Shown: positions 36,922-49,290 of the stretch, one piece after another
Position numbering within the stretch: position 1 is the stretch's first letter
Layout of the letters: every line of letters starts with the position of its first letter
Origin: Somniosus microcephalus
Taxonomy: Eukaryota
NCBI GenBank assembly: GCA_052327205.1
Contig: CM126219.1
Coordinates: 46,128,001 to 46,192,000 of the forward strand
Direction of reading: 5' to 3'
Length of the DNA: 64,000 bases
Position numbers and translations under genes: made by a program
The notes under the pieces: model-generated
Databases searched by the model: none
What the model was told of the DNA's origin: nothing
The model's input: the letters and a program-made list of their open reading frames with translations, nothing else

Positions 36922-37906
36922 GGGCTGGGTTTTACCAGCCCTGAGGAGGTGGGTTTGGAGGCGGGACTGCTAGGAAAATCCCCCAAAATGGGAGCGGGTC
37001 CCAAGCCTGCTCCCAACCAATCTTTCCGGGAGTTGGGTCCCCAATTTGCGCAGGGGCCTGACTCCTAGCAGTGGGAAGAGGATTATAGCCACTTAACTGC
37101 CTGTTAACAGGTAGTTAACAGGTATGACAATGACAATGTATGAATGGATGCCCTTTATCTGCTGAGGAACAAATTACTGTTCTTACTTTTGGCCTTAACA
37201 TTGAGTTTAACAACTTTAGACCTTAACCACCGCTCCCAGGTAGGTAACAGGCAGTTAAGAGGCTTTTCCCAATTTTTCAACTGCTGCTGTGGGCTTCCCG
37301 ACGTCGCGGAACCCCGCCAGGGTAAGTGAGGCGTGCTGTGGGTCTGTTGTCATGTTGGTGTTTGGATGACAGCTGCAGAAGTGGTATTAAGGATGCAATT
37401 GGACACTGGTTAGTATCAGAGGTAAGGACATGTTGTGAAAGTAATTTTTAATGTGTTTAGATGTTTCTGCAGGTGACAAGCTGTGAAGTGTTTGTGTAGC
37501 CTCATCTCATCGGGAGAAGTGACAGATGGCTTCTGCAATCTCAGCTGCAGCTGCCATCTGTTTTATCCTAAGGAGAGAGTAATTGGAGAGCCTGGGTGCA
37601 AGGACTCACCTGTGTACAGTGATTGTGAGTGTTTGACAGCACCTCAATGCTGTCAAACAGTGTCAAATCATCTGTCAAACAAGTGCGGTGTATATGCCTT
37701 TAAGAAAACCGTCAGATGAAGCGTAATCAACGGACGTCATCTGTCACCGGCTTTCCCTTAATTGGCCGGCAAGCCTGCAGGGCGGGCTTAAAAAGGCCAA
37801 TCAGGACAAAATAGCGTCTGTTCATCAGACATCGCTGGGGGCGGGACTGGAACCCAAAAACCAGCAGTCCCGCCTCGAACTCTGGCTGGAAGGTAAGATT
37901 CTGCTC
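36922..37906. mobile_element. Non-autonomous Harbinger-type element with an internal locally derived insertion
   Basis: GGGCTGGGTTTTACC / GGTAAGATTCTGCTC ends; TSD CAG on both sides. Confidence 0.8.
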
Positions 37907-38119
37907 CAGGCGTTGGTGATGACTGCACCAGAGCCATGGGAGTGGAGGAGGTGTGGGCTCGTACTTGGGGTGGTCCGCAAACCTGGGGTGTACCTGCATT
38001 TCTTCTGTCACATTCCCAGGCCCTGGGAGCCTTCTCTTTGCCAGATTTTCCATGTTTCCCTCCTCCTCTGCTATTCTGCTGTAATGACTTACAGCTCCTC
38101 TGGAGCCATCTTTTGTTTC

Positions 38120-38418
38120 TATACTTGTTTCATCATCATCACATTTTGCCTTGTACCATCATCCTTTTGTGTCATTTAACCACTTCTGCCCTTCACCCTA
38201 TCACAGACCTTCATTTTTGCTCTTTCCCTGCCCCCTTTACCTGGCTCTGCATTTGTTTAAAAGTTGTTCATCTCTAACACCTTCCAGTCTGACGAAAGGT
38301 CATTGACCTGAAACATTAACTCTGTTTCTCTCTCTACTGATGCTGCCTGGCCTGCTGAGTGTTTCCAGCATTTTTTGTTTATATTTCAGATTTCTAGCAG
38401 CCGCTGTATTTTGCTTTT
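38120..38418 (+). mobile_element. Penelope-like element terminal fragment with a minimal hammerhead-type motif
   Basis: CTGACGA-aaggtc att gacct-GAAA at 38289..38313, followed by gatgctgcctggcctgctgagt...tccagcatttt; related copy at 39800..39903. Confidence 0.6.
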
Positions 38419-39799
38419 AAAAAAAAAATCATAATTTGATTCATAAATAATTCAAACGATTCATAAAACCACACTGTTAAGAATGTGGTCTGAATGCTAA
38501 TTGGTGACAATTAATTTTGTTTAATAAATTATTTTACATACTTTCATATTTTGTTGTTATATCTCAGTTGTTCATATAGGTTTTTATTAATGTTCTCACT
38601 TCAGAAACACAACAATACCTTGTAATTGTATGTATAAATAATCAAGCTGATAAATTATTAAGGGATGTGTTTAATATCCCTCCTCTCAAAATAAGTATAT
38701 TTAGGAAAATATTTGTTCTAGAAAAGATATTCCTTTTTTGAATTACACTTCTTTAATGTGGACTTTAAAGTCGGTATTTCTGTGTAGGCTTTTACGGCTT
38801 TGTAAATAATCAAAAACCGAGGGCCTCCAGTGGGACACAGAACAATTATTTTTAATTACCGCATTTCCCTTAATTTAGATGAAACAGCCACAGAAGTATC
38901 TTTTGACTGTTTCCCATAACCATCTAAAAGTAAAAATACTCCTGATCGCCACGATAATTAGAATTACGACACACAGAAATGTGACCTTTTTGGATTTCAC
39001 AGACCTTGAAATACAAAGGAATGTTAATATCATTGGGAAAAAAACGAGACCACCCGGCCCCAACTTTGTGCCTGGCCGTCAATATTTGAGAAATAATTTC
39101 AGTAAACGTTCCTATTATATTGTCGATATTTATCCACACATCACTCTCGCATATGGATCTAAGGATGTAGAGTTTGACATGGTAAACCTGAGTGTTGCAA
39201 TTGTTTAGCAATTACATTAAGAGCTCATACTGAATTCTAAAAAGTAGGGAATAACACAGCAATACTTTAATCTTTTCATTAGATAGTTGCCTGCTGGAAA
39301 ATTAATGTGTACATGTAGTTATGCATTTAAACCTGCAGTCAGTTATTTAAAAATATACAGATTAATTACTGTTGCAACTGTAACAAGACAGCGGATCTAG
39401 TTGCTGGTGAAATATTGATTTACCATCAAGACTGAGCCTAAGAAATGAACTGTACACTATGTATCCCTGTTTTGACGGAACTTTTTTTTACTCTGTTTGC
39501 CAAATTTAGTGAAATAGTAGACATCGAGAACTTGCATTAATATAGCAAATTTTTACATAGAGAAACATCCTGGGGTTCTTCATAAAGGAATGAATGCTGA
39601 GCCTAAGTGGGATGGTTACAAGAGGAAAGGTTAAGAGAGAGTTAAGGACTGAAAGCTTGCTTGTCAAGATAGCTCTTGAGAAAGCTTTTAATGATGGGAG
39701 AGAGGTGAAGAAGTGAAAGAAGAAAGAAAGAACTCACATTGATATGGCCCCTTTCATGCTCTCAGGATGCCCCAAAGCATGCCAAAAATGTTTCAGGTG

Positions 39800-39903
39800 A
39801 GGTCTGAGGAAAGGTCATCGACCCGAAACAATAACCCTATATTTCTCTCTCCACAGATGCTGCCTGACTAGCTGAGTGTTTCCAGCATTTTCTGTTTTTA
39901 TTT
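39800..39903 (+). mobile_element. Penelope-like terminal fragment
   Basis: ctgaggaaaggtcatcgacccgaaac...ccacagatgctgcctgactagctgagtgtttccagc. Confidence 0.55.
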
Positions 39904-40763
39904 GAGAAAAAATAAACTCAATTTTTTTCAGACGCCATGAGAGTTCCCCAATTATGGCCCAGCAAACATACCAAACATTTTTACTTGCATAATGCCTGCC
40001 AGGACATTGCTGAGCCCACCAGTAGCATTGGCTGCTGCTCCTTCGAGTGGCATTCCCATTACCACCCTACACCTTCCTTACCCCTCACTTCTTTGCCCTC
40101 CCACACACTTACATAGGCCCCAGCCCTTGCCTGCTGTTCCCTCCTCACCCGGGCTGCTCATGCACTTTGGCTGCTCCCGGGACCTAATCCGTCACTCACT
40201 CCTAGTCCTGGCACAGCTGCCCACTCCCATTTACACAGGACCTCCACAAACAGCCTGTGACCAACTCCATGAGAGATCTATTACTTTGTAATAACATTCA
40301 ATCTTTCATTGTATCAAAGAGGACAGATATTTCCATGCAGAAACTGTAAGGAAACTTGGTTTTATGTGACTGTCAATCTTAAGCTCAAAGTAGAAAGCTG
40401 CATGAGCTTTCGGAGATGACAGGAGTCATTTCAGATTAAATTCAATTTAATGGTTAAGTTTTCGAGCCATATCATGTTGGCAAGGCAGCAAAATGGCTAT
40501 CGTCACTGCATTGGATAAGTGATTCACTGAAGATTTACTTCATAATACTTAAGTGTGCTTTAAGAACCTATTACATTTCTAAAAGGGTAATTAAATGGAT
40601 CATTCTGGTCATCTGTATGGTAAAATTAGAAAATGCTTTTCCGTTTATCCAAATCTTAAGCACTATCATATTGCACTTGAAGCATTTCAGAATTTAATTG
40701 ACATCAAATCTGATTTGAGTCATATGGGTAAGCAATTTCTCCATGAGTGTCTGATAGCTGGTG

Positions 40764-41062
40764 AGAAAGAAAGTGAGATTTGCATTTATGTAGCGCCTTT
40801 CACGACCTTGGGACATCCCAAAGCACTTTACAGCCAATGAAGTACTTTTGAAGTGTAGTCACAGTAGTAATGTAGGAAACGCAGCAGCCAATTTATGCAC
40901 AGCAAGGTCCCACAAACAGTGATGTGATAATGACCAGATAATCTGTTTTGAGGTGTTGGTTGAGGGATAAATATTGGCCAGGACACCGGGGAGAACTCCC
41001 CAGCTCTTCTTCAAAATAGTACCATGGGATCTTTTACGTCCACTTGAGAGAGCAGACAGGGC
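40764..41062 (-). mobile_element. Deu-SINE, 5'-truncated
   Basis: Matches the in-window consensus. Confidence 0.85.
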
Positions 41063-41759
41063 TTCGATTCCAGCAGTACTCCTGCACACTTGGGTGCCCC
41101 TAAGCCTTTACTCCACCAACCTACACCTAAGTTCAGGTGAGTGGGATAAGTGCTGATGGGGAGTAGCTGATCAAACTGCCTGAGCTTTACTATTACTCTT
41201 GGACAATCTGATCTCATACTTAACAACGCCACAAATAAAAACACACAAACAGAAAATGAAGATATTTCTGAAATGGGAAAGAAAGAAAACACCAGTCATT
41301 ATACATTATAGATCTTCTTCATCTCTGCTGAAAGAGATGGGGATCTGCTAATAACTCACAGCATGGTAGACTGAGAAAAAGAAATAGTCCACCCTGGAAA
41401 GACCGAGAACAGTTTTAGCTGTATACATGGAGGAATATATAACCCACCGCAGTCTGACTTAAAGCAACTTTTCCACTTTGCTCAATGCTATTTGTGCCTT
41501 AGGATTCTGTTTCTAGTTTAAAAGGAAACCCACTGGGGTGAAAATTCTCATAGATTTTTTAATGAATAAGCAACATGAAAAAATAAGGAGAATATGGTTG
41601 CCAACTGCAACAACAATCAGTTCAAATAAAATCGTCTCTCCTACGAGAGATTCTCAGCTTGTTCTTTGTTTAAATATTTTCTTTCCTCAGTACTGTACAT
41701 CACATATGAAAACTTGATGGTTCAGCAAGCTAGTTTTATGTTGTAAAATAAGACTCAGT

Positions 41760-42328
41760 GGGGTAGATTTTGATTTGGTGCAAGGAAGAGGACCCCGTGA
41801 TTTTGAGGCTCCGGCCTCATTTAAATTCACCAGGCGAGCTGCAGGGGGTCAAACAGGCATCCCGACGCAGCGTAGCAGATTAAAGCCTGAAAATCAGGCC
41901 GGAGCTGTCACTAGCAAGGTAAGTTGCTGGTTGTGCTCGCGGAGGGTGGAGGTCCCAGGGTGGCAGCAGGCCAGATTATTTTTGTGGGCCCCAGAGGTCC
42001 ATTCCTGCTCCTCCGGGGCCCACATAAATAATTCAACACTTGCCTTCAGAGGACTTCATCTCTTCTATCACCCATGGAACCGATCGACGCCTGCACTGTG
42101 CTGGATCCAACCAGTTCCTACCTAAAATGGCAATCGGGTTCCTATTTATGTCACAGGACCCAAATTTCCATATTAAAAGGGGTTTATCGCCTGAAAGAGG
42201 CGGGTTCTTTGGTAGGAGCCTTTCAAAATGGAGCCAGTCGCATCGCTACCATTACTAAGGCTACCGACTCCATTTTGAGGTCGTTACTGCCCCATTAGCT
42301 CCAGGCAAGGGCACTCAAAATCAACCCT
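41760..42328. mobile_element. Harbinger-type MITE
   Basis: GGGGTAGATTTTGA / TCAAAATCAACCCT ends; TSD AGT on both sides. Confidence 0.7.
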
Positions 42329-42354
42329 AGTGTCAACATTTTTTTTACATTTTG

Positions 42355-43530
42355 AAACAATTTGCACTTGTATCATGCTTTTAATGCGGCAAGAAGTCTC
42401 AAGGTCCTTCACACAAGCAAGAGTTAGGGAAGGTGAATGAAGTGATGGTCAAACAGATAGGTTTAGAGGCAATTTTTGAAGTTGAGGAGAGATGCAGCCA
42501 GGCCAGAGAGGTTTAGAAAGAACATTTCAGAGTGCAGGAGCATGACGACTGAAGGATCTGGCAGTGATAGGGGAGTAGATTGAGGAGGGTACACAGCACA
42601 CCATAGGCAGAGGAACAGAGATTGTGAGTTGGAACTGAGGACTGGAAGAGGATGCAAGGTGAAGCAAGGCCTTGAAGAGATTTGTAATAAGGGCAAAGAT
42701 TTAAATCAATGGGCTGGGGAAAGGGCTACAGTGAAGGTCAGTGACGACTGGAATAATAATTGTGCAGGACTTAGTACAGGACAAGATATGGTGGTGGAGC
42801 TTTGAAGAAGCTGGAGTTGTGTAAGTAGGTGCTCAGGAGGTTGGTGAACAAGACATTGTGGAAGTCAAACCCTGAAGTGCTGAAGACATGGATGAGGATA
42901 CTAGCAAAGGTGGATGTGTTAGGGATGAAGCCAGACAATGTTACGGAGGTGAAAATAGGTGATTTTGGTGGTGCATAGGACAAAGCGCAAAGCTCAGCTT
43001 GGAGTTAAACAGGATGCATACAGCTATGCTTAGCTTGAATGATTAACAGCAAAGGGGAAAGATGCAAGGGTGCAGCGTTTCTGGTGGGAGCTAAACATGA
43101 TGGATTTGAGCTTGTCAAGCTGAAGAAAGTCCTGGCTTCTCCTTGACCTGATGTTGGACAAGCAGTCGGACAGCACAATGACTACTGTAACCGAAGGTGA
43201 TGGTGGAGTGGTAAAGTCGCCTGTCATTGAGGTATATATGGAAGCTGCACCATGTTCATGGGTAATGTTGCTGAGGGCAGCCAGGATGGAACCTTGGGAT
43301 TGCTGTAAATGACCATGTGGATATGGAAAGAAAAGCTACTCCAGTCGATATATCAGCTGGTACAGGTAGGAGCAGACCAGGGCGGAGTGGTATCATGGAG
43401 GTGTCAATGGAGCAGGATGGATTAGTCAAACAAATCAGAGGTTAAGAAGGAATAATGCTTGGTGGTTGCAGTCTTGGTGCTGTGGAGAAGACAGAAACTA
43501 GACTGAAGAGATTCAAATAGAGAATGGTGT
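42355..43530 (-). mobile_element. Highly degraded L2 LINE
   Basis: Minus-strand remnants VLSDCLSNIRSRRSQDFLQL and ILIHVFSTSGFDFHNVLF parallel the L2 at 20110; L2 tail at 42355. Confidence 0.7.
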
Positions 43531-44333
43531 TGACAGGTAGGCAAAACCAGCAGCAAAGACTATCTGTTGTTATATACGGTTCACTATTGAGAGCAACAAT
43601 TTTTAAACCCCTGAAAAGAAATTGGTTTTGCCAAAATAATGAAAAGAACCAAATTTGGCTGAAAATAAAGTGGCAACAACTGGAAATGTGAAACTCTTAA
43701 CTGTGTCTTAAACCTAACACCAAAGCTTGTTTACGGTTTTTATTGACGAACTTACTGATAGTTGTGTTATACTTGCCAATACTGTAGTGCAAACAATATT
43801 TTTTTAAAAAGGAACCTTTCGTTTGCATGGCACAGCAAGTCTGTGCTGCAGCACGGGGATGGAAATTCAAAGAAACAGATCTTTGAAGTTGACTTAAGCA
43901 ACATTTTAAAGAATGACAGTAACCGAAGGTATGCTTTAATCTACGGATCGGATTTCATCATCAAAGTCACAAGACACCCAAGGCACCATTACCTGCATAC
44001 ACCTCCGAGCTCAGTTACAAGGAGAGGTTGACTCCTCTGCCAAGTATTTCTGCGAGGGGTATCATTCATTACTCAGATCAATATTAGTGGGTACAAACAG
44101 AAAAACAAGCTCAAAGCCATCTGCGGAAAACAAATAGGAAATAAAAAACTAGTTGCCGTGCATTCAAAGGAGAATTAGGTACAAGAGACAGCATATGTAT
44201 TCTGTCATGTATTCATTTTAAAGTAGAGTAGGTCTTTTTCTCCTCAATGCCTACAGAGGTTTATATTAAAGAAACATCAAGCCCTGTTCCCTCTTGTGAT
44301 ATTCGATAATAATTTCCTGTTTTTCTTTTAAAT

Positions 44334-44424
44334 GGAGCTAATTGGATAGCTCTTTCAAAGAGCCACCATAGGCACGATGGGCTGAATGGCCTCCTTCCGT
44401 GCTGAATCATCCTATGATTCTATG
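44334..44424 (+). mobile_element. CR1 3' UTR fragment
   Basis: ggatagctctttcaaagagcc...gatgggctgaatggcctcctt...ctatgattctatga. Confidence 0.75.
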
Positions 44425-45036
44425 AAAATGTTTTTAACTTCTCATAACTGTCAAATATCTAAATTTCTGCCAATATAATGCTGTCAGCATAGATAACAGT
44501 CAGTTCTTTCTCAGCATGTGGAAAAAACCCCCAGAAATTCATAAGTGGATAAAATAGTGAAACTATGGGGAAAATTTTACAATCTAGTGCTCCTGACACG
44601 GAGCTTCGACAGATGGGAGCACGTATCAGGAACCTGGGCGCAAAGGTCAGGGATGGATGTCTTCAGAATTATTATTACGAACTCCTGTTTCAGAGAATGA
44701 AGGTCAAACTCTTCGGAACATCAGTGGCTTTCTATTTTAGCACAATACGCTGCCCCCAGGAACATGGAAGGTTTCTAGATAGGGTATAAAGAATTCTTTC
44801 AGCCTGCTTTTAATCTGACCGATGCGGCGTGGTCCTGTCTGTTAACATCTCTACTGTGCCGATGAAATATCAAAGCCTTGTCACATTCACAGCCCAAGAG
44901 TTCCAAACAGTGAGTCAGTCAACTGTATAATCTGAGATTGGTCCATCTTTACAAAAGGAAAATTGAAGCAGATATCAGCCAGCAAAGGCTGACCTAATGG
45001 CACCTTGCAGGTAGCGTGCCAGGGTGTACATGCAGT

Positions 45037-45179
45037 CAATGTTCTCTGTAATTTTTTGGGGGGCTGCGTGGCCCCTTTAAGGGGCTGCACGGCCCATTCA
45101 TAAGTGCGCGGTTTTTTTTCAATTTAAAAGCTGTCTCACTGGCTACACAGGACCCCTGGAGTGCTAAAAGGCAACATTG
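45037..45179. mobile_element. hAT-type MITE
   Basis: CAATGTTCTCTGTAA / CTAAAAGGCAACATTG ends; 8-bp flanks catgcagt / catgccat (6/8 match). Confidence 0.55.
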
Positions 45180-45399
45180 CATGCCATGCCTGTTTTGTTA
45201 GGAAGTTAACTTCATGAATAAGGTCATAATCTCACTGAAAACCAAAGTGTTTTTAGATAGTATTCTCTTCCCTGTACTTAAAAAAAAGAAATACCTGTCT
45301 CCGCTCACAAGATGGGTGAGCAGGGTTCCAGAATCATCTATGATGTGTGACAATTGCGCTAGTTCTTAGCTCAGCTGGCAAGAGTGGAAGCAAGAATTA

Positions 45400-45853
45400 A
45401 AAAAAAGAACTTGCATTTCTACAGTACCTTCCACGTCCTCGGTATGTTCCAAAGTGATTCAGTCAATGAGCCAATGAGTTACCTTTGAGTGCAGTCACTG
45501 CTATAAAGGCAATGCAGCAGCCAATTTGCACACAGCAAGATGCCAAAATAGCAATAAAATAAATGATCAGTTAATCTGGTTTGGTGATTTTGTATGAGGT
45601 ATAAATGCTGGCCAGTTCACTGGGAGAACTCCCTGCTTTTCTTCAAATAGTGCCTTGGGATCTTTTTATGTCCACTTGAACAGGCAGACAGAGACTTGCA
45701 TTAATGTCTCTTCAAAAATATAGCAGCTCCAATATTTCAGCAGTTACTCATTGAAGTGTTAGCCTAGATTATGTGCTGAAGTCTTAGAGGAAGACTTGAG
45801 CCCACCACCTTCAGACTCAGAAATGAGAATGCTACAACTGAACCAAACTGTCA
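45400..45853 (-). mobile_element. Deu-SINE, near full length, diverged
   Basis: Head-to-tail match to the in-window consensus. Confidence 0.8.
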
Positions 45854-47739
45854 CTTATAAGGCTTCCAAAGTGAGAGTTTGCAGAACATTATTTCATTTC
45901 AATGGTGAGACACTACAACTGTGAGCTGATTAAGCTGCTTAATATCTAATGAGTTTTGACTGTTAGACTCAAACTCGTAACTATACAGATGCATAACAGA
46001 CCTTAACAGTGCAGGTTCCAGGGTGTTTATGAACATTGACACTATTTTAAAGCCCCATTTATCAGTATATAACTCTAGAATGAATCCAGTGTGGGCTGAA
46101 CTCTGAAACAAAACGGGTGCTTACAACTGCAGCTACATAATGAGTGTTAGAAAAGTATAGAAAGTAACCCATCTGTGCCTGGGATTTATGATTGTGGCAT
46201 GGAAATAATGTAAATGCAATCCAACTGAGTGATAATCAAATTTTGCTTTGATTTGTGAGAAGTATACTGTATTTGGATGCCAGTGACACCATTAGGGTGA
46301 CATGACAACACTTCACTGTCCTCCACTGTGGCTAAATTCAAAGATTCAAAGTATTCAGTAATTATAGATTTTAAACTTTATCTCAGTGCTAACTCGATGT
46401 ATCTTATTGAGAAACGTTTTGGGTACATGAGTAAACAGTCTCCAATATCATTTGCCCTGCATTCAATCTTTTAAGATGAGAAATGTTCTCTCTCCCTCAC
46501 TCTCTGCAGACAATTCACCACTTATATTGAAAGGTGCTGACCTTGTAACATGCCTGATAGTGATTATTCAGCTCTGGCTTCTGGTGGACATAACATGGAT
46601 GGGACCACAAACAAGGCAGTGTCAATCATCTGTTCAAGTTACTTAATATGACAGCACTTGAGTAAACACTGATGCTGGGTCACAGAAATACTGTCACAAC
46701 AATACCATGACAAATGCACTTTCTTGACCACATTCATATTTTCAAACATTTTTGTCAAAGTACCAAGAGCTCATTTTTCATTGTGTGCCAACAAGAGGCA
46801 TGCGACTGGGGGAGAAGTTTTGATTGTTTTCTTTTCTAGTTGCTGAGGGTACATAACTAAACCAGAATAATGCCTAAGGCGCCACACATAACTAAACAAC
46901 CGGACAAATTTATTTTGTAGGATCTACCGAATTCATTTATTTTGTACATACTTGCACTGCTCTCTGCAATTATGTAGCACCTCAAGGTGTGCCGTGCTTT
47001 ACTTTAACAATTCTGAGTTAAGCTTGATACATTTTGCTCACAAGTACCAACCATTGCTGCCCTTACGTGGAAGAAAATTACTTTGTGACTGTGAAAATCC
47101 GAACGCAATTATTTTTCAAATGTGAGCTTTTTTCTTGGGGGGCACATTTTAGAAACTGAAAAAAAAATGCAATTATGAAGTAAGTTTGGGTTTTACTCAG
47201 CTGAATACGTGTGTCACATAATTCCCCAAGTCAAGATTGAATTCAAAAGGTCTTAATCCACTGAATGTATGTGAGGAAATACTGGCTTAGTGTCCTAGTT
47301 AAGGCCCTCTAAAGAGTAAGTGAGCAGTGACATATTTCAGAGCAAGAGTGACCCTAGTGGTGACTATCTAGCCGAACATTCTAAACTTTTAGTCAAAACA
47401 GAAATGAGACCAAGAAGGTACACTGATTCCAAAGTGTAAATTCAAAAGCCCCCAGACTACAGGTGGAATTTGGAAATTAAGAAATATATTTTCTCCTCTG
47501 GATGTTAATCTGAAAAAGTAGATAGGCGAGCAAAAGCAGTGAAAAGCCAGAACAGGCCTTCGGTCTATTGGAGCCTTACAGCTTGAAACGTGTGTGAGTA
47601 AATGAACATTTTTAAAAAAACTGTTCTTTAAGAAGTGATTAGGTTGGAGGGAAGAATATTAATGAAAATGAGTTTTTAAACTGACAGTATGTTTTAATGC
47701 TTGTCAACATTTAACTATCTACTCTCCACACCACCCTAC

Positions 47740-47990
47740 CAGTGGCAGTGAAAGACACCACCTTGGATGTGAACTGAGGGCAGCATTTGACTTAGCTGTG
47801 CTGCCTGTGGAGCCATTTGGGACTTCCGGAGAAGCTCTTTCATTCCACCTGAACATTCACTGCCTAGGTTCATACAGAGAGAATAGCACCTTGGCCAAGG
47901 CACTAGAGAACCACTGGCGCCTGTGGAACTGTACCCCAGCAAGTGTTGGCACATTCGGGAGAAGCTAAATGAATATTGGGGTGAGGGGGA
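47740..47990 (-). mobile_element. Ancient SINE fragment (10325 family)
   Basis: ctggcgcctgtggaactgtaccccagc motif shared with 13190..13210; orientation uncertain. Confidence 0.4.
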
Positions 47991-48852
47991 AACATTAAAA
48001 TAGAAATCCACCTGTAATTTCTTAGCCCATCAGTCTAGCTCCTGAGGTATACTACACATCTCCCTTATCAATTGGACACATATCTTGCACACAATTAGAA
48101 CTCTTATCCTAGGTATTATTCTAAGGAGTTGTAAAAACAATTGCTCAAGAAAGTGGCTCACTGCCACCTTCTTAGGGCAACAAAGAATTGGCACTAAAGG
48201 GGGCCTTGCCCTTATAGTCTACAACCTGAGAACAAATAAAAAAAACAACACAGATTTTTAGTAGCCATTGGGTGCTCTAACATCTTTCTCTGTGTGGAAA
48301 GGTTATGGAAACAGATTCTCCGTGCTCGGGCGGAGAGGATCACCTGGGTGCCTCCTTTGAGAAAAGTTGGGCAGGGAGGGTCACACGGGCAAAATGGAGC
48401 CCACCTGATTTTCCATTCATTTAAATTAATGAGGGGGAAAAAAAATTGGGCAGGCTCTGCTCTGGGAGCATGATCCTTCCTACCCAATTTTCCTCTGTGG
48501 GCTGCGCCCAGGTGATTATTTACACCCGAACCCAATGACCTGCCCCTGGGTCTTTTCATCATAGAAAGGAAATCAGTTTGCAGGGCAAGTCTCAGGTTAA
48601 AAGTGTTTAAAAAGTTAATCATTTATTGTGCCCTGAAAATCAAATGGGAGGAGGCAAATATGTACAATAAAAATCACATTACAGAATACTGGCTAATGTC
48701 TTTGATAACAGAGAACAGTATAAATTATGACCTATGTTGTGTTACAAAAGGAAATAAAAATCACATGAGCTTAGTAACTGAATTTAATAAGAGAGCAATT
48801 ACAGGTCAATATTTATATTAAATATATTGTAAAATTAAATGCAATTTCTTTG

Positions 48853-49215
48853 AGAAAGAAAGATCTTGCATTTATAAAGTGGCTTTCTTATCTTCAGATG
48901 GTCCTAAAGCGCTTCACAGTTAATGAATTAATTTTAAAGTGCAGTCTTTGTTGATTTGTAGGCAAACTTAGCAGCTAATTTGAACACAGCAAGCTCCCAT
49001 GAACAGCAAATGATGTAAACGACCAGTTAATCTGTTTTTGCTGGTACTAATTGAGGGAGGAATGTTGGCCAGAGTGCCTAGAAAACTCTCTTCTCTTCTT
49101 CAGAAAGTGTCAGACGATGTTTCTATCGATCTAAATAAACAGATGAGGCCTTGATTTAACATCTCATCCAAAAGACCTCACCTGCAACAGCAGCTGTCCC
49201 TCAGTACCATACTAA
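48853..49215 (-). mobile_element. Deu-SINE, diverged
   Basis: Match to the in-window consensus. Confidence 0.75.
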
Positions 49216-49290
49216 ATTTAAATGAATTTCTGTGAAGTACAGTATTTGTTTGTAAGGACGCGATACAGGTCTATAAGATACCTGTATACT

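Noticed and set aside
38875-39211. ORFs on both strands in AT-rich DNA
   Set aside because: No motif and composition typical of random AT-rich sequence.
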